DNA from: an uncultured delta proteobacterium
Lineage (GTDB): Bacteria; Myxococcota; Myxococcia; Myxococcales; Anaeromyxobacteraceae
Reading direction: 5' to 3'
NCBI GenBank assembly: GCA_963845515.1
Contig: CAWJSR010000024.1
Location: forward strand, 1-54,311
Length of the DNA: 54,311 nt
The notes beneath the pieces were generated by a model. That model was not told where the DNA came from, did no database searches, and saw nothing but the letters and a program-made list of their open reading frames with translations. This document shows, piece after piece, positions 1 to 9,943 of the stretch (its first letter is position 1; each line of letters opens with the position of its first letter). Both the position numbers and the translations under genes were made by a program.

Positions 1-49
1 GACCAGGACGGCGGGCCCGGCCCGCCCGGCGCCACCGGGTGCCGATGGG

Positions 50-73
50 GAAGCCCGCCTCTGCGCGGGCTTC
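50..73. terminator. GC-rich hairpin downstream of the parvulin gene
   Basis: GAAGCCCGC-6 nt-GCGGGCTTC perfect 9-bp stem, 11 nt past the stop at 85. Confidence 0.55.
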
Positions 74-84
74 TTCGTGCCAGC

Positions 85-924
85 CTACCGGGAGTACACG
101 ACGCGGGCCTCTCCCTTCATCGCCTCCAGCATGCTGGCGTAGAGGGCCGTAGCCTTTCCCTGGCGCAGCACGTCGACGATTCGCTCCTTCTCCGTGGCGA
201 AGGAGACAGCCGGGTCGAGCGACCGGTCCACCAGCTTGACCACCCAGAACCTGTCCTTCTCACCCTTGATGACCTCGCTCACCTCCCCTGGCTTCAGCCG
301 GTCCACGATGCCGCGCCAGGACTGCGGCAGCTGGTACCAGCGCAGCTCACCGAGATCCCAGGGGGCCTTGCCGCCCGGCTGCAGGCCGGGGAAACGCCTC
401 GACGCCACCTCCTCGAACGGCTTGCCGGTGGCGATGTCCTGGTGGTCCCTGGTGATCTCCTCGAGCCCGCCCCTGCACAGGATCTGGAGGACGTGGAACC
501 TCGTCCGGATCGCCTCGGCGTTCTTCTCGAAGTACGCGCGCGCCTCCGCGTCCGTGACCGCAGCGCTCCGCTGCACGTACATGCGGAAGCGAGCGGACAT
601 CTCCTGCCTGCGGAAGGCGCTGACCTGCGCCTCCAGGTCGGCGACCTTGAGCCGGTACTCCTCGTCACGGTCGAGGCCGAGCTCCCGTGCCTTCTGGAAG
701 ATCAGCTCGTCCCGGATGACGGTCTCCAGCACGTTCGGTGACGCAGAGTGATTGGCCACCTCGCCAGTCACCCCCGCCCTCGCGCGAAGATCCACGTCGC
801 GCTCGCTGATCGGCACGCCGTTGACCGTCGCCAGGATCCCCACCGGACCTCCAGTGCCCTTCCCCTTCCCGCATGCTGCGAGGAGCCCCACGGCGATCAG
901 GACGAGGACAATCGGCGTTCTCAA
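85..924 (-). CDS. PpiC/parvulin-type peptidyl-prolyl isomerase, lipoprotein (SurA/PrsA-like)
   Basis: Lipobox LLAAC, SurA-N-like ATVNGVPIS and ELIFQKARELGLD, rotamase-like DLG...LKPGEVSEVI. Confidence 0.85.
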   Translation of the reverse strand: MRTPIVLVLIAVGLLAACGKGKGTGGPVGILATVNGVPISERDVDLRARAGVTGEVANHSASPNVLETVIRDELIFQKARELGLDRDEEYRLKVADLEAQVSAFRRQEMSARFRMYVQRSAAVTDAEARAYFEKNAEAIRTRFHVLQILCRGGLEEITRDHQDIATGKPFEEVASRRFPGLQPGGKAPWDLGELRWYQLPQSWRGIVDRLKPGEVSEVIKGEKDRFWVVKLVDRSLDPAVSFATEKERIVDVLRQGKATALYASMLEAMKGEARVVYSR

Positions 925-952
925 GGTGACTCTCCGGGTTGAAGGTCAAGCA

Positions 953-986
953 GAGGGGCGGCATGCATGCTCGCACGCCGCCCCTC
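953..986. terminator. Intergenic hairpin between the cytochrome and parvulin genes
   Basis: GAGGGGCGGC...GCCGCCCCTC 10-bp inverted repeat. Confidence 0.45.
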
Positions 987-1003
987 CTTCACTCAACGAG
1001 TCG

Positions 1004-3766
1004 TCAGTGACAGGCCGCGCAGGCCTCTGCCTCGTCTCCGCTCCACGGCGCCACCGGAGTGGGGTCGTAGACCTGGGTCTTGATGTGTGCCGTCACGGCG
1101 TCGGCGTCATGGCAGCCCATGCACGCGAGCCGATTCGGCGTCGTCTTCCAGGTGCCGCTCGTCGCCGCGGAGTGGCACGACTCGCAGTTGCGGACATCCA
1201 TCGGGTAGGTGATCTGCCAGCCGCGGCCCGGGATGCTCTCCTCGTGATCGACCGTGAGCACGGGGTAGTTGAGCGACGCGCCGTTGTGGACCGCGTGCAC
1301 CCGCTTGGAGATGGGCTTGGTGCCACCACCGGTGGTCCAGGTGCGCGCAGCGACCGTCTCGCCAGACTTGTAGTTGTGGCAGCCGCCGCACTGATCGACG
1401 GCCTGGGCGTTGAACGGCTTGTTGTGGCGGACGGGATCGAGCACGTAGCCGACGCCCTGCCCGACGGCGTTCGTGCTCCAGTGACACGAGGTGCAGTTGT
1501 CGGCGATCGCCTTCTCCTCGGCCGCCTGCTTGACCTGGAAGGTCGCCACCTTGACCGAGGGCGTGCGGTAGACGCCGGTCACGCCTCGCCCGCGATCGGC
1601 GAACTCGACGTTGATCATGTACGTGCCCGGGAGCAGGTCGTCGACCGGATCGAGGGTGTACTTGAGATCAGCGGCCGTCCAGGCGAACTTCGGATCGTTG
1701 TTCGTGGCGTTGGTCCGCTGGCGAAGCTGGACGGCGGAGCCCGCGACCTTCACCGCGGTGTCGGTGAAGAGCCCCAGGGCCTTCGTGGCATCCGGGATCT
1801 GGATGCTAGGGTTGTCGCTGCCGATCGCCCGGGTGCGGATCGACAGGTGATTGAGCCCCGTGACGGCGTTGGCCTCGACGTACGCGATGGCCCTGTCGCT
1901 GAAGTGGAACTCCCTCTCGTTGTAAAGGAACGTCGCCGTCGCGCCGTTCAGCCACGTCGCGACGTCGGCGGCCGTCGCGGTGGCCGTCAACGTGGCGGCT
2001 GGCAGCGTGACGGTGAAGTCGCCTGGCACGAGCACGTCCTCTCCGATGTAGTCGAACTTGGTGATGAAGTTGCCGTTGTCCACCACGACGCGGAGTGAGC
2101 CGCCGGCGCTCAGGTCCCACGTCTCGGCGAGCGCGCTGGTGACCTTGGCCCTTGCGGCGGTCGTCAGGACCGGGATGCGCTTGGAGCGCGGCCCAGTGAC
2201 GTACATGTTGGCGGCCCTGAACTGGCCGTCGGCGGCGTTGGTGCAGACCGACGTGTCCGTCGGCGTGGTCTGGCAGCCCTCGCCCGCGCCGTCCTCGATC
2301 ACGGTCGTGTGGTCGATCGCGACGCCCGCGGTGTAGCCGAGGGCGGCGTTGGTCTCCGTGGGCTTCAGCACGACGGAGATCACCGGGCCCTCGCCGGCCA
2401 CGAAGTGCGTGCCGTTCGCGGGGGCGGAGGTGGTCACCGTGATGTCGAACTCCGGGACGTTCCGGATGTCCTTCACCGTCCAGTCGTGGGCGTCGGTGAC
2501 GGACTGGCCGAAGCCGGCGCCGGTGGCGGGGTGGCAGCCAGCGCACCCGGCGTCATTCGTGGCGCTGCCTCCGAGGTGGTTCGTGCCGGCGGTCCAGTCG
2601 ATCAGGTCGTGGCAGGAGCCGCAGGAGGCGCGGGATGGGACCGTCTTCCAGTTGTCCACGTCGGCGCCAGCGCCGGTGTGGCAGGCGGCGCAGTTCTCGA
2701 TGACCGCCGGGAATGCGGCCGACCTCCACGTGGCGGTGAGGCTGCCAACCGTGTAGCCGCCGTTGTCGTCAGCCTCGTTCACGAGGGGAGTCGCAGGATC
2801 GTCGAAGAAGATCCCGTTCAGGCCGGGGGCGCTGGCGAGCTCGCGGCCGGCGTGGATCTTGTGGATCATGACCTGCATCTCGATGGTCTCGGTGGTGCCA
2901 CCGTTGCCGGCGGTGTTCACCATCGCGCTGTCCGGGCTGTGGCAGGCGTTGCAGCCTTCCACAGTGACGCGATCGCCGCCGTGGCCGTGGAACTCGAGGC
3001 CGTGGCACTTCTTGCAGGTCGCCGTCTCGACGATGTTGCGGGTCTTCAGGGCGGTGACGCCATCCGGGACGAAGTCGAAGTCGGCCTCGCCGGTCGGGCC
3101 GGCGTGGCCGCCCATGTAGACGCTCACGCGGTGGGTCAGTGCGCGGTCATAGCCCACGAGCGATACCCCTCCGATGGGGAAGGCGAAGGCGGCCGTCGAG
3201 AGGTTGGTTCCAAAGGTGTAGGTATAGGTCCCTGGCGTGCTGGTCTCGACGAGCGTTCCGGCCACGGGCGTGGACGTCGTGCTCTCGCGATAGCCGGCAT
3301 TGACCGTCCTGCCGGGACGGTAGATGTAGGGAACCCATCTGCTGTAGCTCCGACCAGTCGGCTCGGCGGGCATCAGCTTGAAGATGCCGGCGCTCACCGC
3401 CGTGATCCCGGTGACGGGAGTGACGTTGTCCTTCCCCTTCACGGTGAAGGTGACCCTCGCCAGGCCCGCCGCGTCGGCGGTCGCGCTGGTGATCGCGACG
3501 TTCGCGAGGTACTTCGGGTTCGCGGGAGCTCCCTGGAGCTCGTCCTCTGCCGTCACCGCCGACGTTCCGTGGAACGACTGGATGACCGCGTTGAATCCAT
3601 TGGTACCGTTCGTACCGTTCGTACCGTTGGTTCCATTGGCCCCATTGGTGCCGCTGGCGCCATTGGCGCCGTCTTCACCCGCGCAGCCCTGGAGCGCCGC
3701 GGACATCGCGACCGCGGCCAGACAACACAGCATCCGATTCGAGAAGCTCGACGTTACCCGACTCAT
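1004..3766 (-). CDS. OmcA/MtrC-family decaheme c-type cytochrome lipoprotein
   Basis: Ten CxxCH motifs in a 5+5 layout (CKKCH, CNACH, CAACH, CGSCH, CAGCH / CTSCH, CGGCH, CESCH, CMGCH, CAACH); MIHKIHAG motif; lipobox LQGC; RBS AGGAGGGGAG before the ATG at 3766. Confidence 0.93.
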   Translation of the reverse strand: MSRVTSSFSNRMLCCLAAVAMSAALQGCAGEDGANGASGTNGANGTNGTNGTNGTNGFNAVIQSFHGTSAVTAEDELQGAPANPKYLANVAITSATADAAGLARVTFTVKGKDNVTPVTGITAVSAGIFKLMPAEPTGRSYSRWVPYIYRPGRTVNAGYRESTTSTPVAGTLVETSTPGTYTYTFGTNLSTAAFAFPIGGVSLVGYDRALTHRVSVYMGGHAGPTGEADFDFVPDGVTALKTRNIVETATCKKCHGLEFHGHGGDRVTVEGCNACHSPDSAMVNTAGNGGTTETIEMQVMIHKIHAGRELASAPGLNGIFFDDPATPLVNEADDNGGYTVGSLTATWRSAAFPAVIENCAACHTGAGADVDNWKTVPSRASCGSCHDLIDWTAGTNHLGGSATNDAGCAGCHPATGAGFGQSVTDAHDWTVKDIRNVPEFDITVTTSAPANGTHFVAGEGPVISVVLKPTETNAALGYTAGVAIDHTTVIEDGAGEGCQTTPTDTSVCTNAADGQFRAANMYVTGPRSKRIPVLTTAARAKVTSALAETWDLSAGGSLRVVVDNGNFITKFDYIGEDVLVPGDFTVTLPAATLTATATAADVATWLNGATATFLYNEREFHFSDRAIAYVEANAVTGLNHLSIRTRAIGSDNPSIQIPDATKALGLFTDTAVKVAGSAVQLRQRTNATNNDPKFAWTAADLKYTLDPVDDLLPGTYMINVEFADRGRGVTGVYRTPSVKVATFQVKQAAEEKAIADNCTSCHWSTNAVGQGVGYVLDPVRHNKPFNAQAVDQCGGCHNYKSGETVAARTWTTGGGTKPISKRVHAVHNGASLNYPVLTVDHEESIPGRGWQITYPMDVRNCESCHSAATSGTWKTTPNRLACMGCHDADAVTAHIKTQVYDPTPVAPWSGDEAEACAACH
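3590..3675 (-). repeat. Collagen-like Gly-X-Asn tandem repeat in the cytochrome N-terminus
   Basis: DGANGASGTNGANGTNGTNGTNGTNG, with 9-bp units cgtaccgtt. Confidence 0.85.
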
Positions 3767-4083
3767 TTTGTCTCCCCTCCTCATCGTCCACTTCAGTTGA
3801 CGCAAGACTCTCCTGACGGTGCAGCGAGTGCCTCTATCGACCGCGACAGTGCGCCTCCTTCGTCTGATGCAGTGACTTCCGAGCTAACCGCATCGGGTGA
3901 ATGATTGGCGTCGAGGTTTGCACCCAGGCAAATGTCACCGCAAGGCAGGGCTCCATGAAGGTTCGCGCATTGCCGCACATGCGCGCGTGGCCGCGCCGCG
4001 GTCTGTCGCGCCGACCAGGATCGCGCACGCTCCACGGCGGCAACCCGTTGGGGCCCGTGATCGTGCTAACTTTCGCCGTGCCC

Positions 4084-4572
4084 ATGACGACGAGACTCCA
4101 CGCTCGCAGCGCCGCCGCGCTCCTCGGGCTTCTGCTCGTGTTCGCCGGCACGGCGAAGGCGGAGGAGCCCCCTCTCCCCTCCCCGCTCCTCGCGGCCGAG
4201 GCGATCGACGCGAGCGGCGGTCGCGTGGCCCTCTCCCCGTCGACTGAAGCGATCGTCGACCCGGCCTCGACCTTCCGGGTCGTCCTGCCTGGGAGGAGCG
4301 AGGACGCCCGGCTCTCCGTCCTGGATCTTCGTGACGACCTGCTGCCGTCCAGGGGGACGCGCGAGGTGGGCGTGGAGACGGTCCTCACCGTGACCCCCGT
4401 CCAGCCGCTCACCCCGGCGTCGCACTACCTGCTGCGCGTGGACGGGGCCCGGAGCCGCGACCTGCACGACTCCGCGCAGCGCGCGGCTGGCCCCGTCGAG
4501 CTGCGCGTGGTCGCCGCGGGGGTTCCGCCGGAGCCCGAGAAGAAGCCGGCGAAGAAGAAGCGGCGCCGCTAG
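4084..4572 (+). CDS. Secreted Ig-like (Big_5-like) domain protein
   Basis: Signal peptide ending AKA; VLTVTPVQPLTPASHYLLRVDG is typical of bacterial Ig-like folds; Lys/Arg tail. Confidence 0.65.
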   Translation: MTTRLHARSAAALLGLLLVFAGTAKAEEPPLPSPLLAAEAIDASGGRVALSPSTEAIVDPASTFRVVLPGRSEDARLSVLDLRDDLLPSRGTREVGVETVLTVTPVQPLTPASHYLLRVDGARSRDLHDSAQRAAGPVELRVVAAGVPPEPEKKPAKKKRRR

Positions 4573-4579
4573 CCGGCCA

Positions 4580-4976
4580 TCAGGCGACGTCGCCGATCAG
4601 CGGCAGCACCGGCAGGTCGGCCTCGCAGAAGTCGTAGCGCGCGAGCGCGCCGCGGTCGGCCCACTCCAGCGCGGCCACGCCGATCGCCTTCGGCTCGGCT
4701 GCCGTCGGGAGCGTGCAGCCGTAGAATGCCAGCTCGACCTCCAGGTCCGGGTAGCCGGTGGATGTGCCGGGTGATGCACTCGCGCACCTGCACGTCGCAG
4801 CCCAGCTCCTCGCGGATCTCACGAGCCAGCGCGGCGGGCTCGGACTCGCCGGCCTCCACCTTCCCACCCGGGAACTCCCACAGGCCGCCCCGCTCCGCGT
4901 CCTGCTTGCGCCGCGTGACGAGGATCGACTCGCCGCGCCTGATGACCGCGGCGACGACGAGGACCCTGCGGATCAC
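4580..4976 (-). CDS. MutT/NUDIX (deoxy)nucleoside triphosphate pyrophosphohydrolase; one frameshift near 4757, likely a sequencing error
   Basis: Nudix box WEFPGGKVEAGESEPAALAREIREELG; the C-terminus YPDLEVELAFY...FCEADLP is in another frame; the GTG start overlaps the upstream stop. Confidence 0.85.
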
Positions 4977-6064
4977 GGGAGGTCGAGGGCGAAGAGCGTC
5001 CCGGCGTTTCCCAGGACGTAGCCGCGCCCCTTCACGAACGCGAAGGTGCCGTTGATCCCCTGCCCGCCGTCGAAGGCGCGGACGACCGCCCCGGTGGAGG
5101 GATCGATGAACTGGAGCCCGCCCATGCCCGCGGGCACCGCGAGCCAGCGTCCGGCGTCCACGGGGGGCGCTGACGGCGCCCCCTGGCCGATCGGGGACTG
5201 CCACAGGAGCGTGCCGCCGTCGGGGCTGAGCGCCTTCACCGCGCTCGTCGTCACGACGACCAGCGCCCCGCCGGCGTACGCGAGCCGCGTGGCGTCCGGG
5301 AGCGCGATCTGCCAGAGCGCCTTCCCGGACTCGGGATCGAGGGCCAGCACCGCGCCCGAGTATGCCGCCGCGAAGAGCCGCCCGCCCGCGACGGCGAGCG
5401 AGTCGATGTCGACGTACTTGCCCTCGGGCGCCACCTTCCGCTCCCAGCGCGGCTTCCCGGTCGCGACCTCCAGCGCCGCGACGAAGCCGTCGGAGTAGGC
5501 CGCGAAGGCGGTCTGGCCGCGCACGACCACGTCGGCGGCGCCCCGGATGGTGAAGCCCTCGCGCCGGTCCCGGCGATGATGCCAGCGCCAGGCCCCGCTC
5601 GCCGCGTCCACCGCGACGAGCGAGTCCTCGAGGGACATGACCAGGACCAGCCCGTTCACCACGACGGGGCGCGTGCCCAGCTCCTGCTTCGCGTCGTAGC
5701 GCCAGCGGACCTTGCCGCTGGCGAGCTCCACCGCGTACAGGACGCCGCCGCTGGTGCCGGCGTAGACCACGCCGCCGCTGATGGCCGGCGGAGCGCCGAA
5801 CGAGCCAGCCCCCTCGAGCTCCCAGGCGCGCGCTCCGTCTGGCCGGAACGCGTGGAGCCAGCCGTCCCTCGTCCCGACCACGACGATCCCCGTGGCGGGA
5901 TCCACCGCCGGTCCACCCGGCTCGAGCGTCCGGTAGGCACCCAGCTCGAGGGCGACCAGCGGACGCTTCCAGGCGACGTCGTAGATGCGGCGCGGCGCAG
6001 CTGGGAGCCGGCTCTCCAGCCCGGGCGCTGCGGCCAGCAGGAGCGCGAGGCCGGCGGCGATCAT
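4973..6064 (-). CDS. bamB: PQQ-like beta-propeller protein (BamB-like)
   Basis: Repeated AVELASGKVRW, ALEVATGKPRW and ALDPESGKALW blades; clustered with yfgM and der. Confidence 0.7.
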   Translation of the reverse strand: MIAAGLALLLAAAPGLESRLPAAPRRIYDVAWKRPLVALELGAYRTLEPGGPAVDPATGIVVVGTRDGWLHAFRPDGARAWELEGAGSFGAPPAISGGVVYAGTSGGVLYAVELASGKVRWRYDAKQELGTRPVVVNGLVLVMSLEDSLVAVDAASGAWRWHHRRDRREGFTIRGAADVVVRGQTAFAAYSDGFVAALEVATGKPRWERKVAPEGKYVDIDSLAVAGGRLFAAAYSGAVLALDPESGKALWQIALPDATRLAYAGGALVVVTTSAVKALSPDGGTLLWQSPIGQGAPSAPPVDAGRWLAVPAGMGGLQFIDPSTGAVVRAFDGGQGINGTFAFVKGRGYVLGNAGTLFALDLP

Positions 6065-6793
6065 CTACTTGGAGCCCAGCCGGGCGAGACGGTCGGCGGC
6101 GTCCGTGGCGAACTGCGAGCCCTCGTGACGCTTCGCGAAGCCCTCGAGGAGCTTCCTCGCCTCGTCCTTCTTGCCGGCGATCTCGAGCACGCGGGCGCGC
6201 TCGAGATCGGCGTGATCGGCGAAGAGCGGGACCTCCCGACCAGCCCGCTCCCACGCGGCCGCGGCCTCGTCGAGCTTGCCCCTGGACTCCTCGGCGATCG
6301 CGACCCCCTCCAGCGCGCCGAAGCGCAGCGAGGAGTCGGACGACGCGTCCGCCAGGTACTTCTGGTAGCTGGTGATGGCGGCGTCCGCCTCTCCGAGCCG
6401 GAGCTGCGCGTCGCCCTTCATGAGCAGCGCGAGGCGCCCGGCGGAGGTGGACGGGTACTCGCTCAGCGCCAGGTCGGCCGCGGCGATGACCGCCCGCTGC
6501 CGCTCCGAGTCGTTGGCGTAGAACGGCCCCGACACGCCAGGCAGCGGCACCGCCGAGACCTCGGCGCCGACGGCGCGGAGGACCTCGTAGCCGAACGAGC
6601 CTGCCTTGTCCTCCCGCGCGCTACCCACGAGCCCCGCGACGACGGCGAGGACGACGGCGGCCGCCACGACGATGGAGATGAGCCGCGCGTTCTTCTTGTG
6701 GCCGGTGATCCAGTCCATGGCGCGGGTCGCGACCTGCTGGAACTTGTCCGGTGCCTTCAGATCCTTGCGGCTGAGGACTTCTTCGTTCGACAT
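6065..6793 (-). CDS. YfgM-like TPR membrane protein
   Basis: Single N-terminal TM helix followed by TPR helices; lies between der and bamB. Confidence 0.75.
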   Translation of the reverse strand: MSNEEVLSRKDLKAPDKFQQVATRAMDWITGHKKNARLISIVVAAAVVLAVVAGLVGSAREDKAGSFGYEVLRAVGAEVSAVPLPGVSGPFYANDSERQRAVIAAADLALSEYPSTSAGRLALLMKGDAQLRLGEADAAITSYQKYLADASSDSSLRFGALEGVAIAEESRGKLDEAAAAWERAGREVPLFADHADLERARVLEIAGKKDEARKLLEGFAKRHEGSQFATDAADRLARLGSK

Positions 6794-6831
6794 GGTGGGC
6801 TGCCTCGCGGAATCACTCGGGAATTCGGGCC

Positions 6832-6860
6832 AATTTAGATGTGGGTCCGGGGGTCGTCAA
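6832..6860 (-). promoter_or_regulatory. Sigma70-type promoter for yfgM-bamB-nudix
   Basis: TTGACG-N17-TAAATT on the minus strand. Confidence 0.55.
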
Positions 6861-6871
6861 GCGCCTCGGCG

Positions 6872-8408
6872 CTACTTCCGCCGCTTCTTGAGGTGCTCGC
6901 CGCGCCGGTCCTTTCCGGCGCCCTTGGCCCGCGAGCGCTCCTTGCCCTTCGCCTTCCCCTTCTTGTGCTCGACCTTCGGCTCGCCCTCCGCGCCGCCTTC
7001 GCTCTTCGCCATCGCGCTAGCCGGCGGCCTTAGGCGCCGCTTGCGCTGCTTGAAGATGAAGCGCACCGGCACCTCGAGCCCGAAGGCGTCGCGGTACCGG
7101 TTCTCGACGAAGCGCCGGTACGACTCGCTGATCGCGTCGGGCCGGTTGCACTGGATGACGAAGGTCGGCGGCGCGTAGGCCACCTGCGCGATGTAGTAGA
7201 GCTTCACCGGGAGGCCGCGCGCGAGCGGCGCCGGGTGCTCGAGCTGGATGGTCTCCAGCAGCTCGTTGAGCTGCGGCGTGGGGAAGCGGGCGCGGTACTG
7301 CTCGACGAGCCGCGCCGCCTTCTCCAGCACGCGGGTGACCCCCCGCTTCTCCTTCGCGGAGGTGAAGACGAACGGGGCGTAGGCGACGAACGGGAGCCGC
7401 TTCAGCAGCTCCTTCCGGTACCACTCCTGCGTCGCCCCCTCGCGCTCGGCGATGTCCCACTTGTTGACGACGACCACGAGCGCCTTCGCCTTCTCGTCCA
7501 CCAGCCCGAGGAGCCGCGCGTCCTGCTCGACGCCTGCCTCGACCGCGTCGAGCATGCAGGCCACCACCTCGGCCTGGTCGATCGCCTTCATCGACCTGAC
7601 CACCGAGTAGGCCTCGACCTTGAGCGCGATCGCCGCCTTGCGCCGGATCCCCGCGGTGTCGGTGACGACGAAGCGCCGCCCCTTGTGCTCCACGATGCTG
7701 TCGATCGAGTCGCGCGTCGTGCCGGGCACGTCCGAGACGACGAACCGCTCCTCGCCGAGCAGCGCGTTCACGAAGGTGCTCTTGCCCACGTTCGGCCGCC
7801 CGACGATGGCGATCCGGATGTCGCCCTTGGGCTGATCGCTCTCGGCGACCTCCTCGGGCTCGTCCGTCTCCTCCGGCGGCGGCGGCAGCTCGGGGACCTC
7901 GAGCTTCGCGATGATCTCCTCGACCAGGTCGTTGACGCCGCGGCCGTGCTCGGCCGACACGGCGTGGACCGAGCCGAAGCCGAGCGCGTAGAAGTCGGCG
8001 AGCGGCGCCTCCGCCTCGGTGGCGAAGTGGTCGATCTTGTTCACGGCCACGAAGAGGTGCTTGCCCGAGCGCCGGAGCATCTCGGCCAGCGCGCGGTCCA
8101 CGTCGGTGAGCCCCTCGCGGCCGTCGACAACCAGGACCACCGCGTGGGCCTCCTCGACGGCCAGCTGGGCCTGCTGCTTCACCTGCTGGATGAGCCGGTC
8201 GCGCGACTCGGGCTCGAAGCCGCCGGTGTCGACCACCGACCACGCGCGGTTGTCCCACTCGAAGTCCGCGTAGTTCCGGTCGCGGGTGACGCCGGGGACG
8301 TCCTCGACGATGGCGACGCGCCTCCCGGCGAGCCGGTTGAAGAGCGTCGACTTGCCGACGTTGGGGCGCCCGACGAGGGCGATGAGGGGGCGGATGGGGG
8401 TTCGTCAC
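6872..8408 (-). CDS. der: Ribosome biogenesis GTPase Der (EngA); apparent extra C in a C5 run near 8396-8400
   Basis: Two G domains (GRPNVGKSTL...DTGG...NKID and GRPNVGKSTF...DTAG...NKWD) plus a KH-like C-terminus; the GTG at 8408 overlaps the era stop but is one base out of frame. Confidence 0.95.
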
Positions 8409-9334
8409 AGGCCGAGCTTCTCCAGCGATCTGGGGCGCTCGCTCCAGCGCTCCTCGACCTTCACGGTGAGGGTGAGGAAGACCTTGCTGCCGAGCAGCCG
8501 CTCCATGTTCTGGCGGGCCTTGGTGCCCATGTTCTTGAGCATCCTGCCCCCCTTCCCGATCACGATCCCCTTCTGCGTCTCGCGCTCCACGAAGATCACC
8601 GCGGAGATCCGGACGAGCCCGCCGCGGTCGGTCCGCTGCGACTCGTCGAACTCCTCGATGTCGACCGCGCACGAGTACGGGATCTCGTCGCGCGTCTGGA
8701 GCATGACCTGCTCGCGGATGTACTCCGCGGCGAGCGTCCGCTCGGCCTGGTCGGTCAGCATGTCCGTCGGGAAGAGGAGGCGCTCCGCCTCCGGGACCTG
8801 CTTCACCAGCGCCTTCAGCAGCTCGTCGACGTTCTCGCCGTCCAGCGCGGAGAACGGCACGATGTCCGCCCACGCGTGGAGATCCTTGTAGGCGTCGATG
8901 ACCGGCAGGAGCGTCGCGCGCGGCGCCCGGTCCATCTTGTTGATCCCCAGGATGGCCGGCTTGCCGCGCTTCGCCACCTCGGCGGCGGCCCAGCGGGTGG
9001 TCTCGCCAATCTCCACCTTCCCCTCGGGGCTCGTCCCCGCCTCGACCAGGAAGAGGACGGCGTCCACCTCGGGGAGGGTCGAGAGCGCGACCTCGACCAT
9101 CCTCTTGTTGAGCACCCCCTTCGCCTTGTGGAGCCCGGGCGTGTCGAAGAAGGCGATCTGTGCCCCCTCCCCGTTCCAGACCCCCAGGATGCGGGTGCGG
9201 GTCGTCTGCGGCCGCGGCGTCACGATGGCGACCTTCTCGCCGAGGACGCGGTTCAGCAGCGTGGACTTCCCCACGTTGGGGCGGCCGACGATCGCCACGA
9301 AGCCGGCGCGGAGCTTCTGCTTCTTCTTGGTCAC
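8405..9334 (-). CDS. era: GTPase Era
   Basis: GFVAIVGRPNVGKSTLLN, PQTTR, DTPG, NKMD, EIPY, KH motif QKGIVIGKGG. Confidence 0.97.
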   Translation of the reverse strand: MTKKKQKLRAGFVAIVGRPNVGKSTLLNRVLGEKVAIVTPRPQTTRTRILGVWNGEGAQIAFFDTPGLHKAKGVLNKRMVEVALSTLPEVDAVLFLVEAGTSPEGKVEIGETTRWAAAEVAKRGKPAILGINKMDRAPRATLLPVIDAYKDLHAWADIVPFSALDGENVDELLKALVKQVPEAERLLFPTDMLTDQAERTLAAEYIREQVMLQTRDEIPYSCAVDIEEFDESQRTDRGGLVRISAVIFVERETQKGIVIGKGGRMLKNMGTKARQNMERLLGSKVFLTLTVKVEERWSERPRSLEKLGL

Positions 9335-9413
9335 GTTGGAACGCGAAGGCCCGGGGGGCGGCCGGTGGAGCCGGCCGGCCCGCGCCGGGCCTGCTGCGGG
9401 TCGATCCTTTCCG

Positions 9414-9923
9414 TTAGGGCATTGCCCCGCGGGTGATTGTCACCTTCTCGAGCTTCACCTTGGCGTTGCCGGCGCGGGTGATCTTGGGGACGAGCTCGCC
9501 CCCCTTGACCACCTCGCCGAAGATGGTGTGCCCCTTGTCGAGCCAGGGCGTGGCCACCTCGGTGATGAAGAACTGCGAGCCGTTGGTGCCGGGGCCGGCG
9601 TTGGCCATCGCGAGGAGGCCGGGCTTCGTGAACTTGTTGTCCGGGCCGATCTCGTCCTGGAAGCGGAAGCCCGGGCCGCCGGTGCCCGTCCCGAGCGGAT
9701 CGCCGCCCTGGATCATGAAGTCCGGGATCACGCGGTGGAACATGGTGCCGTCGTAGAGCGGCTTCCCGACCTGCTTCTGCCCGTTGCGCGGGTCGGTCCA
9801 CTCCTTCGACCCGTCGGCCAGCCCGACGAAGTTGGCGACGGTCACCGGCGCCTTCTCGGGAAGGAGCTTCACCACGATGGTGCCCATGGACGTCTGGAAG
9901 GTCGCGTAGAGCTGCTCGGCCAT
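9414..9923 (-). CDS. Cyclophilin-type peptidyl-prolyl isomerase (cytoplasmic)
   Basis: FHRVIPDFMIQGGDPLGTGTGGPG, LAMANAGPGTNGSQFFIT; start MAEQLY. Confidence 0.95.
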   Translation of the reverse strand: MAEQLYATFQTSMGTIVVKLLPEKAPVTVANFVGLADGSKEWTDPRNGQKQVGKPLYDGTMFHRVIPDFMIQGGDPLGTGTGGPGFRFQDEIGPDNKFTKPGLLAMANAGPGTNGSQFFITEVATPWLDKGHTIFGEVVKGGELVPKITRAGNAKVKLEKVTITRGAMP

Positions 9924-9943
9924 TTCCGGTTCTCCTCTCCGGG

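Noticed and set aside
3840..3960. c-di-GMP-I/GEMM riboswitch upstream of the cytochrome
   Set aside because: GCAAACC is present, but the GNRA-capped P2 and the downstream GACGCAAA/P3 elements are not
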